DNA of 64,000 bases from Rhynchobatus australiae (lineage: Eukaryota): positions 27,653,021 through 27,717,020 of the forward strand of contig JAUZTB010000127.1 in assembly GCA_034780895.1 (NCBI GenBank), read 5' to 3'. Positions within the stretch are counted from its first letter, which is position 1; every line of letters begins with the position of its first letter. This document shows positions 37,656-51,679 of the stretch, one piece after another. Both the position numbers and the translations under genes were made by a program. The notes under the pieces are model-generated. The model was not told the origin of the DNA. It did no database searches and saw only the letters and a program-made list of their open reading frames with translations.

Positions 37656-40600
37656 CTACATTTGGTGCAGGGGATCAACTGAGGAAGAATTGTGGTGTCA
37701 GAGGGTGGGGGAACTACATATTGGCACCAGAGTGGATTGGAGGCTGCAGTGGAGTAAGGGTTAGTTTTAAAGCTGGAGTATTTTGTTTACCTTGCTGGCA
37801 TCCCAGGTTGGCATCGTGGGAGTAAAATCATGCTGTCTGAGAAGTGCCCAATGACAATATGATCTAGCTTCCTCTGCAATGCTCCAAAGGGATTGTTTCA
37901 CAGGGAATGGCATCAACCCATGTGGCCTGATAGACATTGCATTGGGTTTGGAAGGGTAACACCTGACAGGAAGTGCCCAGTTATCTGTTTCCTTTCCCAC
38001 AGATGCTACCTGACTTGCTGAGTGTCTCCAGCATTTTCTGCTTCGCTTTCAGGTTTCCAGCACCTGCAGTTTTCTTGATTTTCTTGTTCATCATGTTTCA
38101 CTAAAAGGGGAGGAAAATAATTTTCAGTCACTTACTGATGAAAAAGAGTGCTGTGCAATTCAATTTCCAAGCTGTAAAATTGCTTACATTGGCACCTTAT
38201 TACATTCAGGAATTCAATGCTTCCAAAGGAGGTAGAATTGATTCAAATGTATATTTCACAAATGAATGGTACTTGAAAAGGAAATATATACAGGACCACA
38301 TTGTTAGAGTAAACTAAGTAGTTTTAATATTCAAAGAGGCAATGGGGGCATAATGGGCTGAATGGTATCATTTTATACTGTGATAATCTATGGGATAGAA
38401 ATTCATTCTTGGTTGCTTGTAATCAATATGCAATCTAGTGGAATCTGGTCATAGTACTCAGCTTTGAAGTTTGAATGTTGGAAGCAAAGTACAACTCAGA
38501 GCCTCCATTTAGCACAAAGAATCAAGGGTGAGTCTCTGTCACAATGACTTTAAAACACTCATGTAAGTCTATGCAGAGCCTTTTCCAGCACTTGGTTTAC
38601 ATTAGGCTTATATACTTCCTGTCCAAATCTAACAAGTATATCTCAACACGTGGACTTCATTTAAGTAAACATTTGATACCACAACCATGCCACATTCCTT
38701 ACATTGTTTTCCACAGCAAAATAAAATTGGCCACATACAATGGCTGCGAAAATATGTTAATCATTTGTACATAGTCCATGGGGGTAAAATATTCTTCTGC
38801 TTGTTCCTCCCCGGAATGTCCTGGTGCTAAAGAGGAATGTTCATTGATGTCGCATTTCCCACTGGTGCTAATTCAAACAATCCAGCTGAAATTCTGGCAA
38901 AGCTCTTTAACATGAATCCACTAAATATTCCACCGAAAGGAAAGGTGAAATTGTTTGAGCTTCATGAATGAGACATAGACTTCACAAGCTCAGAGGAAAG
39001 TTTCTTGTACACCCCTACCTGTTCGGTATTGGAACGTCACTGAATTACAAGACTGCACTCTCAGGCCCCATGCCAGGGACTTGAGCTAGGAATCTGGACT
39101 GACTTTCCAGTTACAATACTCCAGATAGATATAATGTCACATATAGTGGTGCTGATTGTAACCCCATCTGTTCACTGCACACGATCGGGATCCCCCAGGT
39201 CAGCCACTCCCTCTGGGAACTGCAGGACTTCCAGGGATTCTTAATGTAAGCAAAAAGGATGCCCAAGTCAAGCTAGAATTTCCTTTCTAGTACATGCATG
39301 CTGGATGACATTATTGCTTGTGGACTTGCAGGTCTGCTGACATCACTAAAACCAATTATAAATCTTCCCAGGCTATGGCAGAGTTCTGTTCCTGTGAATT
39401 GTTTGTAACCCAGACAGTTCACAAGTCAGAAGTGCAGCTGCAAACCCAGTTCTCACACAGCAGAAGACCCCCACAGCCCTGCAGCAGCCATCAAATCCAT
39501 CCCGCTGGTCTCCCAAACACTCATTTGTATGTATGGGCTGTACATAAGTCGAGCATTCATAACCTGGGAAGGACCTGTACAATGTTTATCAATGCAACTG
39601 AGTGGAAAATGTCATTTGAAGCAAGAAAGGCAAGATGACCTAAATGGTAACCTGGACAGGAGCAAAGAGTTGATCTTTGGAGATGATTGGATGAGTTCAA
39701 GTACGTTAGCATGGCACACAGGAGCCTTGGCTTTATAAGGAAAGGCAAGAGTAAGTTATGCTTAACATTTTATTTATTCACCTGAAACTTTAAGCAGACT
39801 CATTGATGGATGTAGATGACCTCACTGAATTATTTTAAAGAATAGCAGGGGACATTTCCTGCTATCACCCAACGTTTATCCATCAACCAACATCACTGGA
39901 TAACATCAGTCTTTGTCATGAAGGAGGCCTGGGCGATAAACATAACGTGTTTGGACTGAATGGCCTGTAAGTGCACTGTACACTCTCTGCAATAAGTGAC
40001 GTATTTGCTGCTTGTGGGAGCTTGCTATGCACAATTTGACTGCCATTACAGGGACCATGCATTACAAGGACCATGCATTTCAAGTATCTCCTTGGCTAAA
40101 AATCATTCTGGGATATCTGAAGATACAAATCTTTCTTAAAACACTGATGACACCAACATTGTGGCTAATTCTGGGTGCCACACTTTAATATGGGTGTTGA
40201 GGCCACAGGGATGAATGAATGAAAAGGAGATATACTGGAATGGTAGCATTCATAAAGGACTTTGATTATTTGGAGAAATTGTCCTCCTTATAAGTGGAAG
40301 GTAGGTAGTGGTGTTGAAATTCATGGAGGGTTTTGATGAAGTAACAAAGGAGATACTGTTTCCACCAGTAGTTTTGGTAATCAGTGGTACATTGTTAAGA
40401 ACAACCAAAGGTGACATAGGAAAAAAATGTTTCATGCAGTGAGTGAATTGAAATGAACTGTTTGAATGGCTAGTGGAAGCAAATACCCTGCTGATANNNN
40501 NNNNNNNNNNNNNNNNNNNNNAAATGCATTTATGGCACCTTTCATGATGTCAAGTCCCTTCAATGCACTTTATAGAAAATTAAGTACTTTGGACACAGTT

Positions 40601-43356
40601 CTAGTTGAGAAACTTAGTGGTCAACTTGGCATAACTAGGTTCCACAAATAATGCTGTGAATAATGACTAGGCAATATTTTCCTAGTTTTTTTGAGTGATA
40701 AATTTTGGTTGGACATCCAGAGGAAGTTCCCTTTTTTAACTCAAAATAACCTAATTTTTGAAAGGATAGAAGGGACATTGGTTTGACATGTCAAATGTAA
40801 AAGATAACACAGCGCCGTGTTCCCTCAATACTGCTTGGGGTTGTCAACTGATAATTTTGTGCTCCAGTTTGTGGAACAGCACTAGATATTTTATTTAATG
40901 TGTGAGGTAGGAGCAGACCAGCTAGATATTCCTAGAAGACAAAGTTAAAAAGTGAAGTGAAAAGTCATGTCTCGTGGCAGCTCTTTCAGAAACAGTGGAT
41001 TCAGAATCTTCAAAATAATATTTTGAGCATTTGTTTGTGATTCCTGAAATACATTGAACTTTACACATACACACAAAGTGAAGATTCTGTCATCTTCCAT
41101 TTATGTATAAGGTAGGGTTAAGGCAGTGTTTCTCACATTTGATTGTTCATTTCTGCTAGATTGAAACCAACCCTTTTAAATGCCGGTGAAGTATTTGCTT
41201 TGAATGATTATTCCATTCTGGTTTCTTTTCCAAGAATCTGAAATCAGGAAGTCATGACTGAGTGCACCACAGATCCGAAATGGATTGTGTGATTTCAACA
41301 ACTCGGATTGGACTTTGTTAAGGTCCCAGTAGATTAGCAGAAAGGGTTAATCTTGCTCCTTAAAGTTCTCAATATGCGGCTGCTCTGCATCTTACATATT
41401 GCGACACTGTGCACATCAGATCTAGCAGCCAAGGCAGTAGTGGTATTCAGACACTATACACAGTGCAGTTCAGTTGATTGTTGTCTGTATGTAAACTGCT
41501 GCCCAAAATTGGTGTTTACCGTTCTGCCTCTGAACTCAAAGGGGACAAAGCAGAAGTCTGGAAAACTCTGGCTATTGTTTCCCAGTTTGTAAGGGATAAT
41601 TTGATATTCTCTTTTCTATTTGATTTTTGTTGTTACACTTTCTACTCAATATTTGGGTCTATTTGAATGTAACCACTGGTTTTCTTTATACATCATTAGC
41701 ACGCTTTACTCTCAACCCTGTCTGAGAAGGAATTACTCAGTGCATTATTATCTACTGAGATCACTTTCTTACCTTGCAATCAAACTAAATCGTTTTATCA
41801 GGATTTAATTTTGAATTCAACAGGTCCTAAAGACATACCTTATCTTATCACAATATGTTACTGAAAGAAGGATGTATTGCAACACGCTTAAGTGCTCCAA
41901 TGTAGGAATGGAAGGATAAACAGATGAAGGATTACCATGGGTTTCTCTAATTCTCCAACCTATAGCCAATTTCACAACGGCATTTCCACTTACCTGAACT
42001 CTCATCCACAAAAGGTTTATGACATTGACAAAATTTGCCTTAACCACACAATCCTAATGGATAGTTGGAAAAATAGGTTATTATAAGCCCTCAAATTTAA
42101 CTGCCAGTAAATTGAGTCAACTAATCTTCAATTAGGGAGTAGTTAGTTGACTAAAATTGCTCACAATGCCCTATAGCTTGGGAGATTAAAGGAAAATGCA
42201 TAGGATATCAGTATGAATAAAATAAGTTTTCTATTATTGGGTGCAATCCAGAAATTTGTGAAAGGTGTGAATGTTAAATTGATAGGAAAAAAACCTCACA
42301 TTTACCGGATGAAATTTTGGGTTATTTCCTGTCATTACTTTAAAATATTTCTTTACAACCAATGATGTAGTTGTGAATTGTAGTAACTATTGGAAACCTA
42401 ACAGCCAAATTACAAACAGTAAACTCCTGCAAACAGCCAGATTATGCTTGACCCAGTCCATGCTTCAAGTCTGCCCACCTCAAAAGCTATTCCCATGGCT
42501 GCATTTAACCCTTGCAGCAGTGCAGCTCCAATTGACCTCAAGGCCTCAGGTCGCAGCTGTCCCATGAAGCAGAGCAGTCCCCAAGTGGCAGCTAGGTCTC
42601 AGGCAGCAGATCCCAGGACCCCACCCTGATGGCTTTGTAACAGCTTGGTGCAGCCTTTTCCAATTGGTCTGCCTCTGATGCTCTGATACTTGTAGTTGAA
42701 ATAGATAGAAATAATCTTAAAGGAATTTCTATTATAAATAATAACTTTAATAAACCACATTCATCTGATGTACACTTAAATGTAAACATTAACGTTAGCC
42801 AATGCAAAGAAGAAAAAGCCATTTCCATTCAGGTCAGCAATCCCATTCAAATGGCTGGCATAAAATTGAGGGGCCAGTTACAAAGTGTATCCAACCTCTC
42901 AGCACAGGACCATCCTCAACCAGCCCTTATCACTGTAGTGATTCTGGGGACAGAATGAGAGGTCAGATGGGACTGCACTTCCATACTTGTACTGCTCCAA
43001 TGCACAGGAGCAAAGTCATGGATCATTGACTCACAGTGATTCTCTTCTGAGTGTTGGCAAAAGGATTGAGCCAATGAAAAGCTAATTTGTTTGGTAGTGA
43101 TGGTATTTAATTGATGCATTTTGGACAGCACCAACCTGTTTTCCATTAAAATACTGCCACGTGTTACTCCCAGCTGCTTTACCAATGGCTGAATGACTCA
43201 TCCAACTCCATTCTGACTCTGCAACATTCCATTAGCACTGTGATGAGGGCGTCAACCCATGATATTCAATTCACGTCTTCGAAGTAGGATAAATGCTCGG
43301 CTTGTGATTTCCAGCTGAAAATAGACAGCAGATAAATGAGAGAGGACAGAGGAGAG

Positions 43357-43431
43357 AAGTGACATCTCTTCTCCCTACCCATCCCCCTTTTAGACTCTAA
43401 GGGGGATGGGTAGGGAGAAGAGATGTCACTT
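43357..43431. repeat. Perfect 33-bp inverted repeat with 9-nt spacer
   Basis: AAGTGACATCTCTTCTCCCTACCCATCCCCCTT (43357-43389), TTAGACTCT, then the exact reverse complement (43399-43431). Confidence 0.97.
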
Positions 43432-43991
43432 TGCCTCATTCTGATGAGGAAATCTCAGGTCTTCCTCCTTAAGTAGGCTTATTATTTTATGACTGATAGA
43501 TGGGAACATCATTTATCTAGTCCCTGGAAAATGGGGCAGGGCACATTTTCTCATCAATTTCACACGTTACAACAGTGACCATTCCTCAAAAATAATTGAT
43601 TCGCTGCTAAGTGATTTGGGATGACCCAAGGTTGTAAGGAATACTCTACAAAAGCATGATACGTTGTTGTTTCATTCTTGAACTGAAGGCAAAAACAATG
43701 AAGTTGCATAATAGGATTTTACCACATTAGGGCAGGTATCAAAAATGGATTGAGATGGGCTGACTGTCATTCCTCAGTCCCAACTAACTATTCATTACCC
43801 AATCCTTTATTATCCAATGGGGGAGGAGTTCAACACAAACCTTGAAGCAATCAGGAAATAATGTTAAAACATGAGCAGCGCTGAACAATGTCACAGTCTT
43901 ATGTAGGTACAACTTCAAGCTTCAATTAAGCAGCAGAAGCCTTCCACCCGGTTAATTCTCAACTTGTCACAGTGTAAAGGATCACATAGAA

Positions 43992-44081
43992 ATGCATTTG
44001 AAGAAGCTGAGTTCAACAATCACTGTTGTGAACAGTATTGTTGGAGTACCTGTGCTGACTCTACCATTCTGCTATCAACAA
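43992..44081 (+). CDS. SLC38A10-like sodium-coupled neutral amino acid transporter, coding exon 1 (MHLKKLSSTITVVNSIVGVPVLTLPFCYQQ)
   Basis: ATG at 43992, 30 open codons, donor CAA|gtaagt (phase 0). VNSIVGVxVLTxPFC matches the SLC38A10 TM1 sequence I recall (VNSIVGVSVLTMPFCFKQ). Symbol withheld because this is probably a paralogue. Confidence 0.9.
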
Positions 44082-44481
44082 GTAAGTACTATTCAGATTA
44101 AATAGAAGCAGGTCAGCAGGTGTTTCCTGCAATTTCTGTTTCTATTCAGATTAAACCTTGACTCAGACAAGCAACGACAATGCGTTTAACTCCTGTAAGG
44201 CAAGCTTGTGGCAATGCCTCTTTAGTTCTTGACTGTAGTTTTAAATTCCTAACTACAGGCTTTTCTGCCGTGGTACTTGCTAGATAACTTTTTTGTTTAA
44301 GTTTTTCCTTCTTTGCTGAGGAGAAAACTTGTGTAGGGACATGGTAATTTTAAAAGTTGTTTGTTGAAAACTTGCTATACAGCATTTTACACATGAGATT
44401 TTTTAGAGCTCTTTGAGTTCTGTCTTTATTTACTTGGTTTATTTTCATCAGTTTGGAGTGATATATTGTACACATAACCTA

Positions 44482-44721
44482 GGGGTGGCACGGTCACGTA
44501 GCGGTTAGCATGACGCTATTACAGCACCAGTGATCAGGGTTCGATTCCCATTGCTATCTGTAAGGAGTTTGTACGTTCTCCTGTGTCTGCGTGGGTTTCC
44601 TCTGAGTGCTCTGGTTTCCTCCCACATTCTAAAGACATACGGGGTAGGTTAATATGGGGTTTAAAATGGGCGGCATGGACTCATTGGGCCGGAAGGGCCT
44701 GTTACCATGCTGTAAATAAAA
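44482..44721 (+). mobile_element. Full-length V-SINE (HE1-like) in intron 1
   Basis: Box A gtagcggttagc, box B gggttcgattccc, V-domain gtgggtttcctctgagtgctctggtttcctcccaca, CR1-derived tail gggccggaagggcctgtt...aataaaa. Confidence 0.9.
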
Positions 44722-47700
44722 TTTAATACTTCCTGGTGTTGTCCTCATTTGCATAAATTAATAGATTATATCTGCCGAGAGAAAAAACAAAGTTCATTTA
44801 ATCACATGGGAACAATGACCATAAGCAAATACTTTGATTAATTTTCCTAACTGTAGTAACTCACTCTAAACACCTGTGGAACATTATGGAGGGACATTTA
44901 AAGTGAAACCTCCCTCCAGATGGAAACTGGTATGGTTGTTAAATAAATCAAAAGACTGGCAGAACAAGGCTGTTTGGATCACAAGAGACTGGAGATTAGA
45001 TGGGTTGTATGGCCTATTTTCCATAATACATGTCAGAGGGATGATTAAGTGGTACCTGTGTTCTGCACGTTCTGCAAATGTCAGCTTTGGCCTTCAGTTG
45101 CAATCTCACCCACAAGGCAAGAAGGTAATGGCTTCAGCCCCACTCTGGGATTTGAGACATTACCTGAGAGTATGCTGCACCGGTGGAAGATGCTATGTTT
45201 CAAGTGGAATATTAATGAAGGACCATTTGCTATTTTGAATAGATGTAAATAATCCATTGGACCCACTTGAAGAACTACAAAAGTGCCTTGGGGAACAATT
45301 ATCCCATGACCAATATCTAAAAAACATTGTAGTTCACCTTGTTGTGGAGGCAAATTTGCTTGCATTGGAAACATCACGGAAGTGACTAATAGTAGTTTAA
45401 AACACAACAGTGATACAAAACTGTTAGGCACCATGCAAATTCTTGCATTTTAACAAGCGGCAGCTCGTAATTAGTCTGCAGTGTCATATTACACTGAGCT
45501 ATTTTGGATAAATAAGCTAGGCCTACAAGTAGCTCAAAGAGTAGGCACACAAGGACATTCATGATGATATATTTTCACAACACGGAGGGATCATTTTTTC
45601 CAAATGCCTTTTGTTTAGCTTACACCTACTGATGCTGGTCAGACATATCTGGGAGGTTTCATCAGGTCACCTTGCCAGGCCATCTCACTGGGCCAACCAC
45701 ACATTGATGAAAATCTTTGATCCCCAAGCAAAGGAGTACTATTCGCACAGGGCCTGAGCAGGTGATGAAGCCAGGAGCTGAGGATTTGGCTTGGTGTCAC
45801 TACCTGGGATACAGAGGTGGGGTGGAGGTATTGAGGGGGAATGTGGGGGAGAATTTACCAGCAGGAGGGGTTAATGTAACAGTTAAAATGTGGTGTTTNN
45901 NNNNNNNNNNNNNNNNNNNNNNNNNNNNNNNNNNNNNNNNNNNNNNNNNNNNNNNNNNNNNGGAAGGGGGACAAATGAAACTCCAGGGAAAGGAAAATAA
46001 AAGGTAACCCGATGAAGCCTGTAGAAAAGGTACTATCCCTCCTGACCGAGGAAGAGACCTGAAGTTGCTATTTCAACTAATCTGCATGGACCTCTTGTGG
46101 CTCGCAATCCACCTCCCCTGGCCCACTGCACACCTGCCCAGAGGTATGGCTTAAATTTCTGGGTTTTCATCGACTTGTTCATGGAACGACCCTACTATCT
46201 TCCTATAGGCACCCTGTTACCCTGCCTGAATGTTAAGATCTTAATTTGGTAGCAAAGCAGCGGGATTAAGCAGGGGATGTACTAGAAGCTGGAGTTGGAA
46301 GAATCCAGAGATCCTGTTGGGCTGTAAGTCTGAAAGAGCAGCAGAGGGGATAAGCTGGTGCCTTCATATTTAAGTGTGTCATCCCCTTCCATCTTGGAGG
46401 AATTAAATCTTTGTATCTACTCAGCTTTAAATAAGGATGCAATCTAGCTATTAGACTCCCCATTATGGCTTGCTCCATTAGGCTGAAGTTATCATAGAAA
46501 CCTGTCTATAATCTGCCATGTTTATTGGCAGACTTACAGCTCAACAGGACTCTGTACTCTTCCAATTCTAGACTCTCACACATCCACAATTTCTTTGCTC
46601 CCCAGTAGTGGATTGGGCTTCAGCTGTTAAGGCCGAAGCTTTGAAAATCCTTCCATAAATGCTCTGCCTTTCTCTCTTCCTGTAAGGCAGTCTTTGAAAT
46701 CAGTTCTTGGTCATCTGTCCTATCATCTTATGGGGCTCAGTCAAATTTGGCTGAATAACATTCCTGTGAAGCACTTTGACACAGTTTACTATGTTCAAAG
46801 ACCTATATCGATGCATACAATTTTTGTTGCTTTAGTCCAGATATCATCTTGCTTTGGGTTAGGAAACAATACTACACTTCCAACATTGCTGTCTTCATTT
46901 CTCATTATTAAAGCTTTACACAGGCAGCATTTTCTGAGATCTTATGTCACCCACCATGTCATATATTAACTTCAGATGGATGAGCATTGATTATATTACA
47001 CATTTTAACTATCTGATATGCAACTACAAGTTCTGGGACCAGCAGTTACTTTAGTTACAGTCAGGATATATACTGAAAACAATCCATACATTAAGCAATG
47101 TTTTTGAAAAGGTCGTTAACTTGAAGCACCAACCCTAACTTCCCCTCTCCTCTAAGACTGATGGGCTTACTGAATGCTTTATTTCTTAATACATACATCT
47201 AGTTTCATTCCTGAACAAATATTGGAAGGTGCTCTTCTACAGGGATTGGTGCTGGGATTAATGTTGCTCACCATTCATATTAAGGTTTAGAAGTATAATT
47301 CCAACATATTTGGATGACATTTGATGTGTGATTAATGCNNNNNNNNNNNNNNNNNNNNNNNNNNNNNNNNNNNNNNNNNNNNNNNNNNNNNNNNNNNNNN
47401 NNNNNNNNNNNNNNNNNNNNNNNNNNNNNNNNNNNNNNATTTGGATGACATTTGATGTGTGATTAATGCAGATTGCGGTGCATGTCTGTTAACTGCTAGG
47501 AAGAGTGCTACCTTATGGCTGAAAGGTTGCTGCTATGTTTAAAGACTGCATCACTTGGTTATTTCTTGTAACAGGGCTTGTGCCATGCTTGCAGTTCAGC
47601 TGAAGGCTGACAGTTATGAATAAAGGTTGTGTTCACTTGATTCTTCATGTCTCAGTGAGAATATGAGTATCAGCAATACTCAGCTCTATAGATTAATTAA

Positions 47701-48877
47701 AGAAGGACCCAGAACACACTGGAGTCAGTACATAAAGGACAATGGTCACAAGCCTAGTGGAAAAAGGAGGAGAGCAATGAGATTTGTTGGAAGATCTGAA
47801 GCAAACCTGCTCTGTGACTTCTGTCATACAGATTATTTGTCGAATGGACCTGAACACTGTTGCTCAGGAAACTCCAGATTAAGAACAGTCCATCTAAGGA
47901 AGAAGCAGCAAGCAGACCAAAGTCTGGTCATTTTATTGATAACCAGGTCAATAGATGACTGAGCAGCAGGTATCAATGAGTCACAGTTGCTGATGAATTT
48001 CTGCAGCGAAAGAGCAGAAGAATTGGTTTTGAAGGGCTTTAGAGCTGATAAACTCCCCAGGATAAAGTTTCAGAAAACTGACAGTCCAAATATAACAGGT
48101 GAATTCAAACCTGTACATACTCCAAGTTAGTGCTTGTTGTCATGAGACTCTTGACTTTGTGGAATTCTTAAATGGAGTAAATCAAATGAAGTTAGATAAG
48201 TACTGGATGAATGTTAAGTATTACAGGGACAACTTCAGTCTTGAACCAATTATAGANNNNNNNNNNNNNNNNNNNNNNNNNNNNNNNNNNNNNNNNNNNN
48301 NNNNNNNNNNNNNNNNNNNNNNNNNNNNNNNNNNNNNNNNNNNNNNNNNNNNNNNNNNNNNNNNNNNNNNNNNNNNNNNNNNNNNNNNNNNNNNNNNNNN
48401 NNNNNNNNNNNNNNNNNNNNNNNNNNNNNNNNNNNNNNNNNNNNNNNNNNNNNNNNNNNNNNNNNNNNNNNNTCACTTTTCATCTTCCTTTGCTACAAAG
48501 AGAAAAGCCCTAGCTTGCTCAACCTAAAAGCAAACCAATAAAAAAAGCAGAAGAGGAAGAGAAGGAGGGCACAGAAAGGATCCAAGAGGGAAGTTGGGGA
48601 AGAGGAGAGAGCACCTGCTGTATTTTTCTATGGGGAGTCAAGTTTATATTGCACTGTACTTAAGGGAGCAGTGCTTATGATTTACTTTGTATCTATACCA
48701 GTGTTTCTAAAACATGTGGACTGAATACAATAGGCTAATACTCCAGCACATGTTCACTGAGAGCAACCAAAAACAACTTTCTTCTACTGCATCAAATATG
48801 TTAAGGAGCTGAGAGCATGAGATAGGGCTGAGATGACTGAGATTGAATGTAAAACAATTTACATATGACACTTCTGT

Positions 48878-49200
48878 CTTTTTTCTTTTTCAATCTTTTT
48901 ATTAAATTTCAAATTAAATTTCAAATTAATATACATAACATTAGTGATTATACGTGTGGTGTGAAGAGATTGGGATTACAATAATAACAATTGACATATA
49001 CAATCACAGGGAGTAAAATATATAATCTGAACCTCCCAATCTCTTTCTAAGTGAGCATGATACAAAAGAATTTGAAAAGAAAATAGAACCCCCAAATTAA
49101 AAAAAAACAAAAGCAAACCAAACACTGCGAAAAGAAAAGATGGACTGTTATTTCTTCAGTTAAAAAAAACATTACTATGTTGTTAGCTCTGCTCCTCTAA
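48878..49200 (-). mobile_element. Probable L1/Tx1-type LINE 3' UTR with A-rich tail
   Basis: cttttttctttttcaatctttttatt reads as AATAAA plus an A-tail on the minus strand, followed by AT-rich UTR-like sequence. Confidence 0.4.
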
Positions 49201-49619
49201 CACTTTTGGACTAGCTGGGGTTTATGGAGAATGGAAGGACTGGAGACGAGCAAGGAGAGCTTTTGTGTCTGGATGAAGTGGTAGAGAAGCAGAATGGATA
49301 AGAGAATGAAAGTGGATGCACTTGCTGAAATTGAAACCTGACAGATGTTGGGTTTCAAACTAGGGTTGACCAGGCACCTATGATTAGAGATTACTGGAAG
49401 CTCAACATTATCCAAGACTAATTAGCCTGATCACTCAACAATTACCCATCAATGTTACTTTGATGGCACCACTCAAATTGGCAATGTTAATCACCAAGAA
49501 GGAAAAGGGCAACAAGTGCGAAGGAAGGTTCCTCTGCAAGCTGAGCACCATCCAGATGGAAATAGATTGCTATTCCTCCATCGTGGAACTCCTTCCTCTG
49601 CAGCAACTAACAGTACCAG

Positions 49620-50665
49620 CTAGAATATAGAACACGGAACAGTACAGCACAGGAACAGGTCCTTTGGCCCACCATGTCTGTGCTGACCATGATGCTAATT
49701 TAAACTAATCCCACCTACCTGGCACATGGTCCATATCCCTCCATCCCCCTCCTGTTCATGTGCCTGTCTGAATGCTTCTTAAATGTTGCTATTGTATCCA
49801 CTTCCACTACCTCCCTTGGCAGTGAGTTCCGGGAACCCATTACCCTCTGTGTTAAAAAAAACTTGCCTCGCATATCTCCTTTAATCTTTCCCCCTCTCAC
49901 ATTAAATGTATATCCTCTAGTATCTGATATTCCCATCCTGGGAAAAAGATTCTGACTATCTACCCTATCTGTGCTTCTCATAATTTTATTAACTTCTATC
50001 GGGTCTCCCTTCAGCCTTCAATGCTCCAGAGAAAACACTCCAAGTTTGTCCAACCTCTTATTTATACCTAATATTCTCTAATCCAGGCAAAACCCTCTTC
50101 TGCACCCTCTCCAAAGCCTCCACATCCTTCTTCCAGAAGTGCACACCGTATTTCAAATGTGGCCTAGCCAAAATTACAGCTGTAACGTGACTTACCAATT
50201 TTTATACCCACTGTCCCAACTGATAAAGGCAAGTATGCCATAGACCTTCTCTACAATCTGATCTACTTGCATTCACACTTTCAGGAAGCTAGAGACTTAC
50301 ACCCCAAGATCCCTCTGTACATCAACACTCCAAAGGGCCCTGCCATAAACCGTATACTTTCCTCTTACATTTAACCTTCCAAAGTGCAACGCCTCACACT
50401 TGTCTGGATTAAACTCCATCTGCCATACCTCTGCCCATATTTCCAACTGATCTATGTCCTGCTATATCCTTTGATGACCTTCCTCACTACTCACAACTCC
50501 ACCAAATTTTGTGTCGTCTGCAAATTTACTAATCAGCTTACTACTGGCCACAGATCTCCAGTCAGAATATCACCCCTGCACCACTACCCTCTGTGGCTAG
50601 GCCAATTTTGATTCCAATCTACCAATTCTCTTTGGATCCCATGTACCTTAATGTTTTGGATCAGA
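49620..50665 (-). mobile_element. CR1/HER1 LINE 3' 1 kb with internal deletion
   Basis: ORF remnants DRVDSQNLFP...TRG..F.VRGGK..GD.RGKFF.TQRV and ISKFADDTKFGGVV (50500-50530). Tail tagaatatagaac. Confidence 0.92.
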
Positions 50666-51679
50666 CTACTGAAAAAAAATAACAGCTCACCACCACCTTT
50701 GTGATGATAATAATGCATCACCTTGCTGGTGATATTCACATCCAAAACTAAACAAAGAGTGGAACCTATATCATGGGAGCAGTGTTGTGTGGTGCACACA
50801 AGTACAGTGCATATGTAACAAAAAAAAATAAGACAAAACAAAACAGTTCATTGATATGACTATATCTAGGCTTCATCAATAGTGGCATAGAGTACAAAAG
50901 CAGGAAAGTCATGCTGAACTTCCATTAAACAATGGTACAAGCACAACTGGAGTATTGTGTTTAATTCTGGTTGCTTCTGTATCGCAAGGATAAGGAGACA
51001 CTNNNNNNNNNNNNNNNNNNNNNNNNNNNNNNNNNNNNNNNNNNNNNNNNNNNNNNNNNNNNNNNNNNNNNNNNNNNNNNNNNNNNNNNNNNNNNNNNNN
51101 NNNNNNNNNNNNNNNNNNNNNNNNNNNNNNNNNNNNNNNNNNNNNNNNNNNNNNNNNNNNNNNNNNNNNNNNNNNNNNNNNNNNNNNNNNNNNNNNNNNN
51201 NNNNNNNNNNNNNNNNNNNNNNNNNNNNNNNNNNNNNNNNNNNNNNNNNNNNNNNNNNNNNNNNNNNNNNNNNNNNNNNNNNNNNNNNNNNNNNNNNNNN
51301 NNNNNNNNNNNNNNNNNNNNNNNNNNNNNNNNNNNNNNNNNNNNNNNNNNNNNNNNNNNNNNNNNNNNNNNNNNNNNNNNNNNNNNNNNNNNNNNNNNNN
51401 NNNNNNNNNNNNNNNNNNNNNNNNNNNNNNNNNNNNNNNNNNNNNNNNNNNNNNNNNNNNNNNNNNNNNNNNNNNAGACATACTAGGATGTTAACTACAC
51501 ACCCAGCTTGACTGGTCCTACCGGAATAGGGTTATTTTTATTATGCTGCATTTGTTAAATGATTTGAGTACACTACTTACAGTTGCAGGATTTATCTGAG
51601 TGTTCATCATTGCATAAATTGCCTCAATATCCGGTTTACTGATGAGTTGGCTCAATTGGAAATGCCACAATAACTTGAG

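Noticed and set aside
44482-44560. tRNA-like box A/box B sequence
   Set aside because: It is a SINE head continuing into the V-domain, with no cloverleaf or terminator, so it is not a tRNA gene.
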